From: Gammaproteobacteria bacterium
GTDB lineage: Bacteria; Pseudomonadota; Gammaproteobacteria; Enterobacterales; Neiellaceae
Direction of reading: 5' to 3'
Length of the DNA stretch: 64,000 nt
Assembly: GCA_017425245.1 (NCBI GenBank)
Contig: JAFOOX010000053.1
Span: forward strand, 84,349 to 148,348
Part shown: piece after piece, positions 39,984-50,800 of the stretch
How positions within the stretch are numbered: position 1 is the first letter of the stretch
How the letters are laid out: every line of letters starts with the position of its first letter
The notes under the pieces: model-generated
What the model saw: the letters and a program-made list of their open reading frames with translations, nothing else
Told to the model about the DNA's origin: nothing
Database searches by the model: none
Program-made: the position numbers and the translations under genes

Positions 39984-40318
39984 GGGCGCTGACGCCAGAG
40001 CAACGGCAGGCGTTACTGCTGCAGTTGCTGCAGCAATTGCTGACCGGCGCGATCCACGAAGGCGAGTTGCTACGCACACTGCGCAAAAAGGTGCTGGGGA
40101 TGTCGCAACAGGAATATGCCAATTTGGTGGGTATCAGCCGCCGCAGTTTGTCGGATCTGGAGCGCAATACTGCCAGCCCCAGCATCGCCTTGTTGGCGCG
40201 GGTGTTCAAGCCGCTGGGGTTGAAGCCTGCTCTGCTGCCACGTAGCCCGCATCTGCTGGCGCAACTGCTGAACCCTTCGGCATTGGCAGACCCGATTGGT
40301 GGCCCTTCCGCTGACTGA
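39980..40318 (+). CDS. XRE-family helix-turn-helix protein (HipB-like putative antitoxin/regulator)
   Basis: HTH_3-type segment MSQQEYANLVGISRRSLSDLERNTASPSIALLARVF. The ATGA overlap with the hipA-like stop indicates translational coupling. Confidence 0.7.
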   Translation: MRALTPEQRQALLLQLLQQLLTGAIHEGELLRTLRKKVLGMSQQEYANLVGISRRSLSDLERNTASPSIALLARVFKPLGLKPALLPRSPHLLAQLLNPSALADPIGGPSAD

Positions 40319-40402
40319 GCCAGGCCGCAGCCGCTACCCTTCGACCCTGCTCAGGGTAAGCGGCGGGCGCAGGCCTTCGCCTTGCAACTTGCCCCTTGTC
40401 AC

Positions 40403-40469
<67 letters not shown>

Positions 40470-40492
40470 AACCACAGGACGTGGAGGCATAC

Positions 40493-41842
40493 ATGGAGTT
40501 GGTTCATCACGGCGCTGCCTATGGGGTTACCGGCTCTTGCCATGAAGTGGTGGTGGCGCCGGGGCTGTCGCTACTGGTTGATTGCGGCCTGCGCCAGGGG
40601 CGTGATGCGCCAGCAGGGCAGGGGGCGGATGACCGCCTCGGTTTTGATGCCAGCGGGGTGCGAGCGCTGATTGTTACCCATGTTCATATCGACCATGTGG
40701 GCCGTATTCCCGCGCTGCTGGCCAGCGGGTTCACTGGCCCCATCTTTGCTACGCCTGCCTCGGTGCTGTTGCTGCCTCTGACCCTGGAGGATGCCAGCAG
40801 CCTGCGCTCTAACCCCTGTGCCGATCTTGACCTGCGACTGCGCCGCCAGTTGGTGGCGGTGCCTTATGGCCAGTGGCAGCCACTGCCCGCTGGTTTGGGC
40901 CAGCTGCGCTTTCAGCATGCTGGCCATATTCTCGGCTCGGCGTTGGCTGAACTGGATCTGCCGAACGGCGAGCGCTGGGTCTTTTCCGGTGATCTCGGTG
41001 CGCCCGACACGCCGCTGCTGCCAGATCCGGCCAGCCCGCAGCGGGCCGATCTGCTGGTGATCGAAAGTACTTATGGCGATCGCAGCCATCAGGGGCGGGC
41101 CGAGCGCGGTGAACGGCTGCGTCAGATCATTGAGCGTACCCTGCGCGATGGCGGCACCACCCTGATCCCGGCCTTTGCCATTGGCCGCACTCAGGAGCTG
41201 CTCTATGAGTTTGAGCAGATCCTCCATCAGTTTCGTGGCAGCCCGCTGTGGCGCGAGCTGCCGATCATCGTTGATTCGCCGCTGGCGGCCCGCTTCACCC
41301 GCCATTACCGCCGATTGGCGGCGCTGTGGGATGAGGAAGCGCGGCAGCGGCTGCAGGCCGGGCGTCACCCACTGTCATTTACTGAACTGGTCACCATCGA
41401 CGACCACCGCGACCATCTGGCACTGGTTAACCGGCTGGCCCAAAGCGGCGAGCCAGCGGTGGTGATTGCTGGCTCTGGCATGTGTAACGGTGGCCGCATC
41501 ATGAACTACCTCAAGGCGCTGCTGGGCGACGCGCGTACCGATCTGCTGTTTGTCGGCTATCAGGCCGATGGCACGCCCGGCCGCATGATCGCTGATGCCG
41601 AGCCGGGCCAACGGTTGTGGCTGGATGGCGCCGAGATCTGCCTGGCGGCGCAGGTGCATCAGCTGTCGGGCTTCTCGGCCCATGCCGACCAGGATGATCT
41701 GCTGCGCTTTGTCCGCCAGATGGGCTCGCCACCCAAGGCGGTGCGGGTGGTGCATGGTGAGCCACAGGTGCAACAGGCCTTCGCCCGCCAGTTACGTCAG
41801 CTGCCTGGGGTGGGCGTAGTGAGCTGTGGGAGTGATGGCTGA
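40493..41842 (+). CDS. MBL-fold metallo-hydrolase of the beta-CASP type (RNase J/CPSF-like putative nuclease)
   Basis: HxHxDH motif (VTHVHIDHVGRIP), downstream Asp/His motifs consistent with beta-CASP, and a C-terminal RNA-metabolising MBL region. RBS GGAGG at 40483-40487. Confidence 0.7.
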   Translation: MELVHHGAAYGVTGSCHEVVVAPGLSLLVDCGLRQGRDAPAGQGADDRLGFDASGVRALIVTHVHIDHVGRIPALLASGFTGPIFATPASVLLLPLTLEDASSLRSNPCADLDLRLRRQLVAVPYGQWQPLPAGLGQLRFQHAGHILGSALAELDLPNGERWVFSGDLGAPDTPLLPDPASPQRADLLVIESTYGDRSHQGRAERGERLRQIIERTLRDGGTTLIPAFAIGRTQELLYEFEQILHQFRGSPLWRELPIIVDSPLAARFTRHYRRLAALWDEEARQRLQAGRHPLSFTELVTIDDHRDHLALVNRLAQSGEPAVVIAGSGMCNGGRIMNYLKALLGDARTDLLFVGYQADGTPGRMIADAEPGQRLWLDGAEICLAAQVHQLSGFSAHADQDDLLRFVRQMGSPPKAVRVVHGEPQVQQAFARQLRQLPGVGVVSCGSDG

Positions 41843-41847
41843 AGGGT

Positions 41848-42204
41848 TCAGAGGGCGCGTCTGGCTGCGCTGACCAACCGATGAAGTTCGGGCAGGTCTT
41901 GCTCGATGGTTTTCCAGACCATCTCAAGATCGACCTTGAAGTAGCCGTGAGCAATGGCGTTACGCATCTGATAAGCGATCGTCAGAGGGAGTTCTGGATG
42001 TGCAGCCGCGAACTCCGGGTAGCGTTTCTCAACGTTGTTGCAGGCCTCGCCGATGATTTCCAGATTGCGGAGCACGGCATCCTGAACCATCTCATTGCTC
42101 AGGAATGAAAGTTCGCCGAGCTCCTCGGTATAGCGGTCGATGCGCTCAATCGCGCTGCAGATGTGGTCAAGATAGTCAGCGAGGCGTTGCTGGCCCATGC
42201 TCAC
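41848..42204 (-). CDS. hepT: HepT-family (DUF86, HEPN) toxin of a HepT/MntA TA pair
   Basis: 118 aa with the HEPN Rx4HxY motif (RNAIAHGYF). Confidence 0.8.
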   Translation of the reverse strand: MSMGQQRLADYLDHICSAIERIDRYTEELGELSFLSNEMVQDAVLRNLEIIGEACNNVEKRYPEFAAAHPELPLTIAYQMRNAIAHGYFKVDLEMVWKTIEQDLPELHRLVSAARRAL

Positions 42205-42491
42205 ACCGGCACCGCTTCGGCGAGGACAGTGCTGCGGAATTTTTCGGGTAGGGCGTTTGGTGTCAGCACATCCACCGATACGCCCAGCAGGCGCTGCAGT
42301 TCCACCTGGATGGCGGCCACATCCATAAGCGTTGTTTCCGTCGTCGGATCGATGAGCAGATCAAGGTCGCTGCCATCCGTGTCTTGCTCACGAAGCACTG
42401 AGCCAAACACCCGGGCGTTGCTGGCACGATGGGCGGCAACAATGCGACGAATGGCTTCCCGGTGTGTGTTGAGCGCTTGTGATGGGCGCAT
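42201..42491 (-). CDS. mntA: MntA-family minimal nucleotidyltransferase antitoxin
   Basis: GSx9-13DxD nucleotidyltransferase motif (RVFGSVLREQDTDGSDLDLLID). It overlaps the HepT start by 4 bp. The start was trimmed to ATG 42491. Confidence 0.8.
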   Translation of the reverse strand: MRPSQALNTHREAIRRIVAAHRASNARVFGSVLREQDTDGSDLDLLIDPTTETTLMDVAAIQVELQRLLGVSVDVLTPNALPEKFRSTVLAEAVPV

Positions 42492-42749
42492 GCTGTTGCC
42501 TCCGCTTGCAAACTTTCTGGATTCTAGCCCAGTTGTTGTGTTGCAGGGCAGCTCGGCGCTGCGCCAGCTTGAACCAAAGGTCCGCAAGCGCCATCCCCAA
42601 TCCGTGATCCAGTTCACCGGCTAGATTGCTGGGGGGCTGTCACTGTAACTCCGGTGCAGTTTCCTTGATGTCAGCGGGCATTGTGTGGCCGATGGCGCCC
42701 TAGCATGCACTGGTTGTGTGCAGTCATTGCGCGACCAGGAGGGAAGGGG

Positions 42750-45700
42750 ATGCGTTATCTGGAAGGGGTGATGTTGGTCTTGGTGCTGGCCGGTTGTGGG
42801 GGCGGCGGCGGTAGCGAGGATCCGCCACCAACGCCGGAGCCGACGCGAGTGGTGGCTGACAGCTTTGCGCTGCCTGCTGGTCAGCCGCAGCTGGTGCAGG
42901 CGGCCCCCGGGGTGCTGACTAACGACAGCGTTGCTGCCGGGGCCTCGGTGACGGTGGAACTGGTGACGGATGTCAGCTACGGTCAGCTGCTGCTCAATGC
43001 CGATGGCGGTTTTAGCTATTCGACCCATGCCAGCTTTAGCGATGGCGACCGTTTTAGCTATCGGTTGCTGGTCAATGGGGTGGCCAGTAGCCCAGCCGAG
43101 GTCACCTTGAGCGGCGATATCAGCAATCGCCCGTCTGAGCCGCCTGAGCCAATCAATTCAAGGGCCTGGCCGGTAGTGGGCGTTCACCCTTCGGATCTGG
43201 CCTATTGGGAAGGACCGGCCCTGGCCAATGCCATGGCTACGGCTGGTTGGCTTGAGTTTGAGCAGTACCAGTGGGGCATTGCGGTTGAGATCTGGGATAA
43301 CCCGCAATTTGATGCCAATGGTTACCCGCGCTATCTGAATCCGGGGCGCTTTCTGCGGGCCATCGTCAATGGCCTGCATATGGAAGACCCGCGCCTCAAC
43401 CGTGGCCATGTGGTGCTGACCTGGCAAGGCACGGGTGACCTGCGGCTGTCGAGTAATAGCGATGAGTATCTGGCAGCGGAGTCGAGTGGTGCCCTGACCG
43501 GCAGCCTGGCTGATGGTCGCCGCGTCTACCGCTTCGGTGAGCAGGGCGGCCTTGGCACCCTGGAGGTGCTGGCGATTGATCCGGCAGATCCGATCACCGA
43601 TATCAAAATCTGGCTATCGGACCCGGCCGATCCGCTTAACCGCTCGCTGGAGGGGCAGCTGTGGCACCCGCGCTTGCTGGAGCGCATTGCCGACTTCCCC
43701 AACAGCGTGATCCGCACCATGGCCATGACCATGACCAATGGCAATCCGGAGCGCGACTGGAGCGACCGTCGCCGCCCTGACCACTTCTCGCAGGCTGGCC
43801 AGTTGAACCCGCGCTCGCCCGCGCCAGGTGCACTGCTGTGGGACAACAGCCCGATGCCCGGCAACCGCGCCACAGGCATCGCTTGGGAGTATCTGGTGGC
43901 ACTGGCCAACACCACCGATCAGGACCTGTGGATCAACCTGCCGCATATGGCCAGCGACGATTACATCGACAAGCTGGGGCGGCTGTTTCGTTACGGCTCG
44001 GACGGCGTTGAGCCCTACGCCAGCACTCAGGCCAACCCCCGTTTTGCCCCCCTTAAGCCGGGGCTGCGGGTTTGGGTGGAGTATTCCAACGAGATCTGGG
44101 CCGGTGGCCCCAGTTTTCCCCAAGGTGACTACGCCCGCATTGAGGGTGAGGCGCTGGGCATCAGTCAGGCTCAGTTCAATGCGCGTCAGTTCTGCAACCA
44201 TTGGGCTCGCTTAACCCGGGTGATGGGTGATCCATCGCGGGTGGTCAAGGTGATGCCCACCTTCACCGGCAGTGAATGGTATGACGACCAGCTGCAGGCA
44301 GAGGTGGCCAGCTATTGCCCGACGGTGCAGCCGGCCATCGCCAAACCGGATCTGCTGGCGGTCACCACTTACTTTGGTAACGACATTCAGGGCTGGGCCT
44401 ATCAGCATGCTCAGGATCAGGCGGGCAGCGATGACCCCTGGTTTTTCACCGGTGATTCCTTCGATGCTGGCGGCGGTGCGCAGCGGCCGGTGTCGCTGCC
44501 GATCACTGACCCTTACTGGCAGAGTGCCGCCACCGAGCGCCATGAGGCGGAGGCGCTGGCTGAATGGAAGCAACGGATGCTCTCTGGCGATGCCGCTGAG
44601 GGCAGTGGCCCCGATGCCACTGGCCTCGGCGGCGGCTTTGAAAGCTGGGTGCGCCACAACAGCGAGCAGCACTTTGGCACGGCGATTCCCATCGTTGCCT
44701 ATGAGGGCGGGCCGTCGGTCTATACCGACAATCTGGATGGTGGCGATGAGCGTGACGATGGCATCACCAACTTTATGATGGCCATTAACGAGCGCCCGGA
44801 GATCGCCGAGATCTACCGCATCCACCTCAATATGGCGGTGGCAAAAGGGTTGGTGACGCACAACGCCTTTACCCTTGTGGGGGCCTGGGGCAAGTACGGC
44901 CAGTGGGGCCATCTGCGTTCGCTGGCGGCCGATCCGGCTGACGAGGTGAAGTATCAGGCGATGCTCGACTGGCAGCAGGAGGAGGCGCAGTTCAACCCGG
45001 CGCTGCAGCCACAAGGGGCAGTGCCCGCTTTTGTTACCCCGGCCGAGCTGCCCTTTGTGCTGCTCAACCAGCCTGTTGACGAGCTGGTCACTGCCAGTGG
45101 CGGCGATGGCGCGCTGAGTTACAGCATCATCGGCCAGTCGCTGGTGGCCGGGCTACAGGCACAGGTGGTGGCCGGTGGCGTGCGCTTGACCGGCAGCCCA
45201 ACGGCATCCGGTACCAGCTATCTCTATCTGCGGGTCAATGACAGCAATGGCGACCGCGACTGGCGCATCTATGTGCTGCGCACCATCGCCCGCTCCAGCG
45301 ATCCGGCGGTGACCATCGACTTTGACAGCTTGACCCAGCCCTCCTTTGGTGTACCAGCGGCCGAGCCCATCGTGGTGGCGGATAGCGATGCCAGTCGCCA
45401 TTACCAGTTCACCAGTCAGGCTGGGCTGATGCTGGAGCATCAGTTCCCGGAGCTGGGCTGGTATCTGCCGTGGCCGTCGATGGTGCTGCACAACCGCTAT
45501 TGGGGCGGCGTTCACAAGCTCGAGCGGGATGATGGTCGTCCCTTTGATCTCTGGTCGCTGGACCTGGCGATTGAGCAGGGGGGCAGTGCCGAGATCCGTG
45601 CCGAGGGGGCCGATGGTTACATCTGGCGGCAGGTCATCAATCTGCCGCCGGGCAAGACCATGACCACCGCCCAGCTCGATCTGATCGAGATCTACCGCCT

Positions 45701-45788
45701 CGAGATCCGCTGGTTTGAACTGGCCGACGGCGAGGGGCGGGCACTGGCCGGCGCGATCGACAACCTGCGCTTTAACCAGCAGCCCTAA
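42750..45788 (+). CDS. Large (1012-aa) surface lipoprotein with N- and C-terminal Ig-like/cadherin-like (putative-Ig) domains flanking a central domain of unknown, possibly glycoside-hydrolase-like, function
   Basis: Lipoprotein signal with lipobox LAGC followed by a Gly-rich linker. Ig-like segments (VVADSFALPAGQP..VLTNDS; GGDGALSYSIIGQSLVAG..). RBS GGAGGGAAGGGG precedes ATG 42750. Confidence 0.6.
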   Translation: MRYLEGVMLVLVLAGCGGGGGSEDPPPTPEPTRVVADSFALPAGQPQLVQAAPGVLTNDSVAAGASVTVELVTDVSYGQLLLNADGGFSYSTHASFSDGDRFSYRLLVNGVASSPAEVTLSGDISNRPSEPPEPINSRAWPVVGVHPSDLAYWEGPALANAMATAGWLEFEQYQWGIAVEIWDNPQFDANGYPRYLNPGRFLRAIVNGLHMEDPRLNRGHVVLTWQGTGDLRLSSNSDEYLAAESSGALTGSLADGRRVYRFGEQGGLGTLEVLAIDPADPITDIKIWLSDPADPLNRSLEGQLWHPRLLERIADFPNSVIRTMAMTMTNGNPERDWSDRRRPDHFSQAGQLNPRSPAPGALLWDNSPMPGNRATGIAWEYLVALANTTDQDLWINLPHMASDDYIDKLGRLFRYGSDGVEPYASTQANPRFAPLKPGLRVWVEYSNEIWAGGPSFPQGDYARIEGEALGISQAQFNARQFCNHWARLTRVMGDPSRVVKVMPTFTGSEWYDDQLQAEVASYCPTVQPAIAKPDLLAVTTYFGNDIQGWAYQHAQDQAGSDDPWFFTGDSFDAGGGAQRPVSLPITDPYWQSAATERHEAEALAEWKQRMLSGDAAEGSGPDATGLGGGFESWVRHNSEQHFGTAIPIVAYEGGPSVYTDNLDGGDERDDGITNFMMAINERPEIAEIYRIHLNMAVAKGLVTHNAFTLVGAWGKYGQWGHLRSLAADPADEVKYQAMLDWQQEEAQFNPALQPQGAVPAFVTPAELPFVLLNQPVDELVTASGGDGALSYSIIGQSLVAGLQAQVVAGGVRLTGSPTASGTSYLYLRVNDSNGDRDWRIYVLRTIARSSDPAVTIDFDSLTQPSFGVPAAEPIVVADSDASRHYQFTSQAGLMLEHQFPELGWYLPWPSMVLHNRYWGGVHKLERDDGRPFDLWSLDLAIEQGGSAEIRAEGADGYIWRQVINLPPGKTMTTAQLDLIEIYRLEIRWFELADGEGRALAGAIDNLRFNQQP

Positions 45789-45807
45789 GCTGGCACTCTG
45801 GCGCCCG

Positions 45808-45837
45808 CTGTGGTCTGTGCCATGGCGGGCGTTTTAT
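45808..45837 (+). terminator. Intrinsic terminator: GCCCGC-tgtggtctgtgccatg-GCGGGC followed by GTTTTATTT
   Basis: Perfect 6-bp GC stem plus a T-tract, 20 bp after the lipoprotein stop. Confidence 0.7.
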
Positions 45838-45858
45838 TTGGGGTGGGGCAGTAACGCT

Positions 45859-46572
45859 ATGGTGAAACTGGGCAAACGGCTGCAGGCACTGGATGCCATG
45901 GTGGTGGCAGGCTACGACCAGATCTGGGATGGCTGCTGTGACCACGGTTTGCTGGGGGCCGCGTTGCTGTCTCGCCGCGCTGCCCCGCTGATCCATTTTG
46001 TCGATCTGGTGCCGGCGCTGATGCAACAGCTGGCGCACCAGCTGCAGCGCCATTTCCCGCTGTCCGCTGCGGCCGCCGATGAGGGCGTTCAGCCGCGCTG
46101 GCAGGTTCATTGCTGCGATCTAACCAGCCTGCGTCTCGATGCTGCTGGTGGCCGTCAGCTGGTTATCATTGCCGGTGTTGGTGGTGATCTGATGGCGCGC
46201 ATGGTCGAGGGGCTGTGCCTGACGAACCCCAACCTCAGCTTTGATCTGCTGCTCTGCCCCGCTAACCACGCTTACAACCTGCGCGCCCAGTTGATCGCCC
46301 TCGGCCTTGGCCTGAAGCATGAACAACTGGTGGCCGATAACCGCCGTTACTACGAGCTGCTATTGCTCACCACCGAGCCGGGAGCTGGCCGCGCAGTGAG
46401 CCCGGCTGGTGACCAGCTGTGGCAGACCAGCAACCCCGAGCAGGCGGTCAACGCCGCCCGTTATCGTGAGCAGAGCCTGCGCCATTACCAGCGTATGCAG
46501 CTCAGCCAAGGCGAGCGGGTGCAACCGCAGATCGAGGCCTATCAGCGGGTGCAGCTGCCCTCGGAGATGTGA
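45859..46572 (+). CDS. Class I SAM-dependent methyltransferase, TrmK (tRNA m1A22)/COG2384-like
   Basis: N-terminal pattern LGKRLQALDAMVVAGYDQIWDGCCDHGLLGAALL resembles TrmK (KRL..A.......D.G.DHG.L). Confidence 0.5.
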   Translation: MVKLGKRLQALDAMVVAGYDQIWDGCCDHGLLGAALLSRRAAPLIHFVDLVPALMQQLAHQLQRHFPLSAAAADEGVQPRWQVHCCDLTSLRLDAAGGRQLVIIAGVGGDLMARMVEGLCLTNPNLSFDLLLCPANHAYNLRAQLIALGLGLKHEQLVADNRRYYELLLLTTEPGAGRAVSPAGDQLWQTSNPEQAVNAARYREQSLRHYQRMQLSQGERVQPQIEAYQRVQLPSEM

Positions 46573-46587
46573 GCATCTCGCCTGGGC

Positions 46588-47274
46588 TCAGGGCGCATGG
46601 CGGGCCCACAGGGTGTCGAATTCGCTGCGGAAGCTGGCCACCAGCTGCGGCTGGTCGGTTACCAGCAGATTTTCCTCATTGCTGGTGGTGGCGCTGCGAG
46701 TCCAGTTGAAGCTGCCGTTCAGCAGTAACCGCCGATCGAAGATGGCGAATTTGTGGTGCATGTGGAACGGGCTGTTGTCGACGCGCAGTGGCACCCCTCG
46801 TTCACGCAGCCACTGAATATCACTGCCATCGTCGTACAGTTTGTCGTTGTCGCTCAGCACCCGTATGGCGATCCCCCGTTGATGGCAGGCGAGGATCGCC
46901 TCGCTCAACTGATCGTCAGAGATGGTGTAAACGCAGATATCAACGCTGTGGCGCGCCTGCTGCAGCAGTTCACGGATCTTGCGGCGGCAGCTTTCACCGG
47001 GGCTGAAATGGGCGCTGGCGATCCCTTGGGGGGCGATGGTCGGGCTGCGGTCGAGGGTTTTGATCACCTGTTCCAGCCATTTCAGTGCCGCTTCGGCCTG
47101 CTCGGGCTGGCGCACCAGTTCGCGCACCAGGGCAAAGGCGCGGTTGCGCATAAAGCGCAACTGATCACTGGTCAGGTTGTCGCCCAATTGGCGCAGTTCA
47201 TCACGTTCATCATTGCTTAGCTTGAGATCGGCGAGGCTGTCACGCAGTTGCTGGTCGAGTTGATTGAAATCCAC
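46588..47274 (-). CDS. PLD-family (single HKD motif) phospholipase D/nuclease-like protein
   Basis: HKD motif HMHHKFAIFD..LLNGSFNWT. 228 aa, with the N-terminal ~75 aa helical. Last gene of the minus-strand operon. Confidence 0.75.
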   Translation of the reverse strand: MDFNQLDQQLRDSLADLKLSNDERDELRQLGDNLTSDQLRFMRNRAFALVRELVRQPEQAEAALKWLEQVIKTLDRSPTIAPQGIASAHFSPGESCRRKIRELLQQARHSVDICVYTISDDQLSEAILACHQRGIAIRVLSDNDKLYDDGSDIQWLRERGVPLRVDNSPFHMHHKFAIFDRRLLLNGSFNWTRSATTSNEENLLVTDQPQLVASFRSEFDTLWARHAP

Positions 47275-47285
47275 GATAGGCTCCG

Positions 47286-47864
47286 TTAATCGGGTTGTTG
47301 GCGCTGGCGCCCGGTGATGCCCGGGCGCGGGCCAAAGGCGGCATAAAGCCCACCACAGAGCGCGCCCGCCAGGTGGTACTCAAAGGAGATACCGGGTTGG
47401 CTGGGCAGCAGGCCAAAGATCCAGCCGCCATAGAAAAACAGCACCAGCGCGGCCAGCAGCAGATCGGTCAGCTGGCGGTGAAACCAGGCGCGCCCCAGCA
47501 GCAGCGCCCATAGCCCGAACAGCCAGCCGCTGGCGCCCACATGAATGCCGGGGCGACCGAGCAACCACACCAGCAGCCCGCTGCCGAGCACGATGGCGCC
47601 GCTGGCCAGCCAGAAATCGCGACGGCAGCGCAGCAGCAGCAAGCCGCCGAGGATCGCCAGCCCCATCAGATTACCGAGCAGATGGCCCCAGCTGCCATGC
47701 AGCCAGGGTGACAGCAGAATGCCAGCCAAGGCGGATGGCTGACGCGGCACCAGCCCCCACTGGTTGAGGCTGTAGCCGCTCAGGCTGTTGGCCAGCTGCA
47801 GCACCAGCATCAGTCCGGCGATGGCCAGCAGCAGGCGCACCTTGGTGGCAAGTGAGGCGATCAT
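47286..47864 (-). CDS. Rhomboid-family intramembrane serine protease
   Basis: Six TM segments, GxSG catalytic motif (GASGWLFGL) and a downstream His in a TM segment. 4-bp overlap with the upstream giant gene. Confidence 0.8.
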   Translation of the reverse strand: MIASLATKVRLLLAIAGLMLVLQLANSLSGYSLNQWGLVPRQPSALAGILLSPWLHGSWGHLLGNLMGLAILGGLLLLRCRRDFWLASGAIVLGSGLLVWLLGRPGIHVGASGWLFGLWALLLGRAWFHRQLTDLLLAALVLFFYGGWIFGLLPSQPGISFEYHLAGALCGGLYAAFGPRPGITGRQRQQPD

Positions 47865-50800
47865 CGCGGCTGACCATCGTCAGTGGCGCCGTTATCTGCT
47901 GCCACCGGTTCTGCGTCGCTCAACGCCGATGGTTCAGCGGCGTGACGGTCGCGCAGGCGGGCGGCCAGTTTCAGTAACCGATGATGGGCGCGCAGATCCA
48001 GATCTACTTTGCGCTCCAGGGTTTTGACCAGCGGCATAAAGCCCTGCTCAAGGCCGTTGGCCAGCTGCGCCAACAGCGGCACCAAGTCGGCCGGTGGAGC
48101 ACTGTTCACCGTCACCTGCGGCGTCTTGTGGGCGATCTTGGTCAGCCGCTCAAGCAGCTCTGACCAGGGGATTGGGTCGACGGCAGGGGCGGCCTCTGCC
48201 GGTTGCTGCAGCTGCTCGCCGATGGTGCGGACGCCGCCCACCAGATCGTGGAGCTGGGCGACCAGTTTGCTGCCGACATCGCTGTCGTCGCCACCCATCG
48301 CCTTGTTCCGCAGAAAGTCGCGTTTGATCTGGGCCCAGCGCTCTGCCTGTGGTGCGCTCATGGTGCCGCGCAGTTCCGCCAGTTTGAGCAGGTTTTCCTC
48401 GGCACCGGCGGTTAGCAGCTGCGATTCGCCCTGATAGTGGTCGCTGATCAGCTGCTGCAGTTCGGCATCGTTCATCACCGCCGAGATCTTTTCCGCCATC
48501 TTGTTCATGTTGCGGTAGCTGCCCTGCAACTTGAACGGCGGTTCGGTACGGTAACGGTCGGCCTGGGCGGCGCTGGCGATGTACTGCTGGTTGACCTTGA
48601 ACACCAGATCGCGCACCTGCATCAGTCGCTGCAAGGTGGTGACAATCTCATCGATCTCGGCGCTGCTGTAGTTGTGACTCAGTTCATTGGCCGAGAACGG
48701 CTTGCCCTCCGCCTTGGCCACCAGACGGTAGAGGTCGGCCATGTCGCGGGTGGCCAGCGGTGCCAGCACCGCATTGGAGGTGAGGGCGTTTTCGATATAG
48801 GAGAGGCGGAACGCCTCCTCCATGCCCCCCAGGGTATCGCCCAGGTTGTAGACATCGGCGCGGTTGGCCAGCATGTCCGGGATGCGGAACAGTTCGCCGC
48901 TCTCGGTGTAGGGGTTACCGGCCATCACCACGCAGAATTTTTTGCCGCGCATGTCATAGGTCTTGGTGCGCCCCTGCCACACCCCTTCAATGCGTCGGGT
49001 GCCGTCGCACAGCGAGATGAATTTCTGCAGAAATTCGGCATGGGTGTGCTGGATGTCATCGACATAGAGCATGACGTTGTTGCCCATCTCCAGCGCCAGG
49101 TTGAGCTTCTCCAGCTCCTGGCGTGAGGTGGCGTCCGGGGCTTGGGCCGGATCAAGCGAGCGCACCTCATGGCCCAGTGCCGGGCCGTTGATCTTCATGA
49201 AGATCAAGCCGAGACGGTGGGCCACATATTCCATCAAGGTGGTTTTGCCATAGCCGGGGGGCGAGATCAGCATCAGCAGCCCCATCAGGTCGCTACGCTT
49301 GCTGTCGCCGGCGCTGCCCATCTGTTTGGCCAGGTTGTCGCCAATCACCGCCAGATAGACATCGTTGATCAGCTTGTTGCGCACAAACGAGGTCAGTGGC
49401 CGTGGTTTGAACTCGCTCAGCCGCAACTGCTCGCGATGATGGCTGATCAGTTGCTGACGCAGCGCTTGGTATTGCTGCAACTGAGGCAGGAACTGCTGAC
49501 GATGGTGACGCAGACGGGCAAAGAGATCATCCACGGCCAGCTCCAGCTGCTGTTGCTGAATGCGCGGGTGGTCGCCCATCAGATCGCTGATGGTGAAGCG
49601 CAGATCGACGGTGCTGGTGCGTGCGGCATAGCCGTCTGGCAGCAGGGTCAGGGCTACTGCCTCAGGAATGTAGTGAGCGAGCGGTGCTAGTGCCGGATCG
49701 CTGCACAGTGCCCGCAACCAGTGGTCGACCAGCGCCCAGGCGGCGGCTAGCTGCCCCTGCAGCTGGCGCAGCGCCTGCTGGTAGCTGTCCCAGACCCGCG
49801 CTTGTTGCAGCCGGGCCTGCAGGGTGGTGACCAGCTCGCGCCCATAGTGGCTGAACACCATCGCGCCCGCGTCATTGGCCAGCGCCGCCAGCAGATAGTG
49901 CGCAGCAGCCTGCTGGCTGTCGTGATCAGTGGCGAGCTGGTGGGTGTCGACAAACTGGGTGATGGCCGCTTCCAGCTGTTGTTGCAGCGCGTTGAGCGCC
50001 TGACGTTGGCCAAACAGCTGCTGCATGTGATGGGCGGTACGCGCCTGTTCCGGCCAGTGGCGGCTGTCGCTGCGCTGCTGTTCGCAGTGCCAGAACAGCG
50101 CGGCCAGGGCGCGTGCCGTCGGGCTGTGGCAGAGCAGGCCGGCGGCGTCACGCAGCGGCAGCAGACGGCTGATGATCAGCGCGGCATCGTGATCGTGGAT
50201 CCCCTTCTGGTAACCCTCGCGGTAGCGCGGGGCGGCAAAGTCGCGCACCAGCCGGGTCAGGGCGTCGATATCGGCAGTCGCCGTGCGCAGGCTGTCGATG
50301 GTCAGGCCATCGCGCCCCTCGTCGGCCGCCGCCAGCAGTTCACCGGCCAGATATTCGGCGCGGTAGAGGCTGGGCGATTCCGATTCCAGCGACAGCTGCC
50401 AGAAGTCGCGCAGCGCCTCCAGCTGCGGCTCATGCACCGGCTCCAGATAGTCGGTGCCGGTGAGATGCAGACACAGCTGATCGCCCCGTGGCAGCAGGGT
50501 CAGATCCAGCTCCTGGGTGTTGACGCTGAAACGGTGGCGCGGACCGAGACGGATAACATTGCCGCCCGCTTCGAACAGTTCACTCTTGTCACGCAGAGCC
50601 CGTACCGCCTGATCGCGCGCCCCTTTGAGGCGGGCTTCGATGTCGTCGGCTTTGACGCTGTCGTGCAGCTCGCGCAAGCGCGCCGTCAACTCACGTAACT
50701 TCAGGATCAGCGGATCGGCGGCAAAGAAGGCGTTGAGCTCGGCCATCTCGGTCAGCCGTTCGGTACGGCGGCCAAGGCTGTCGAGAATGCGCTTGGCGGC

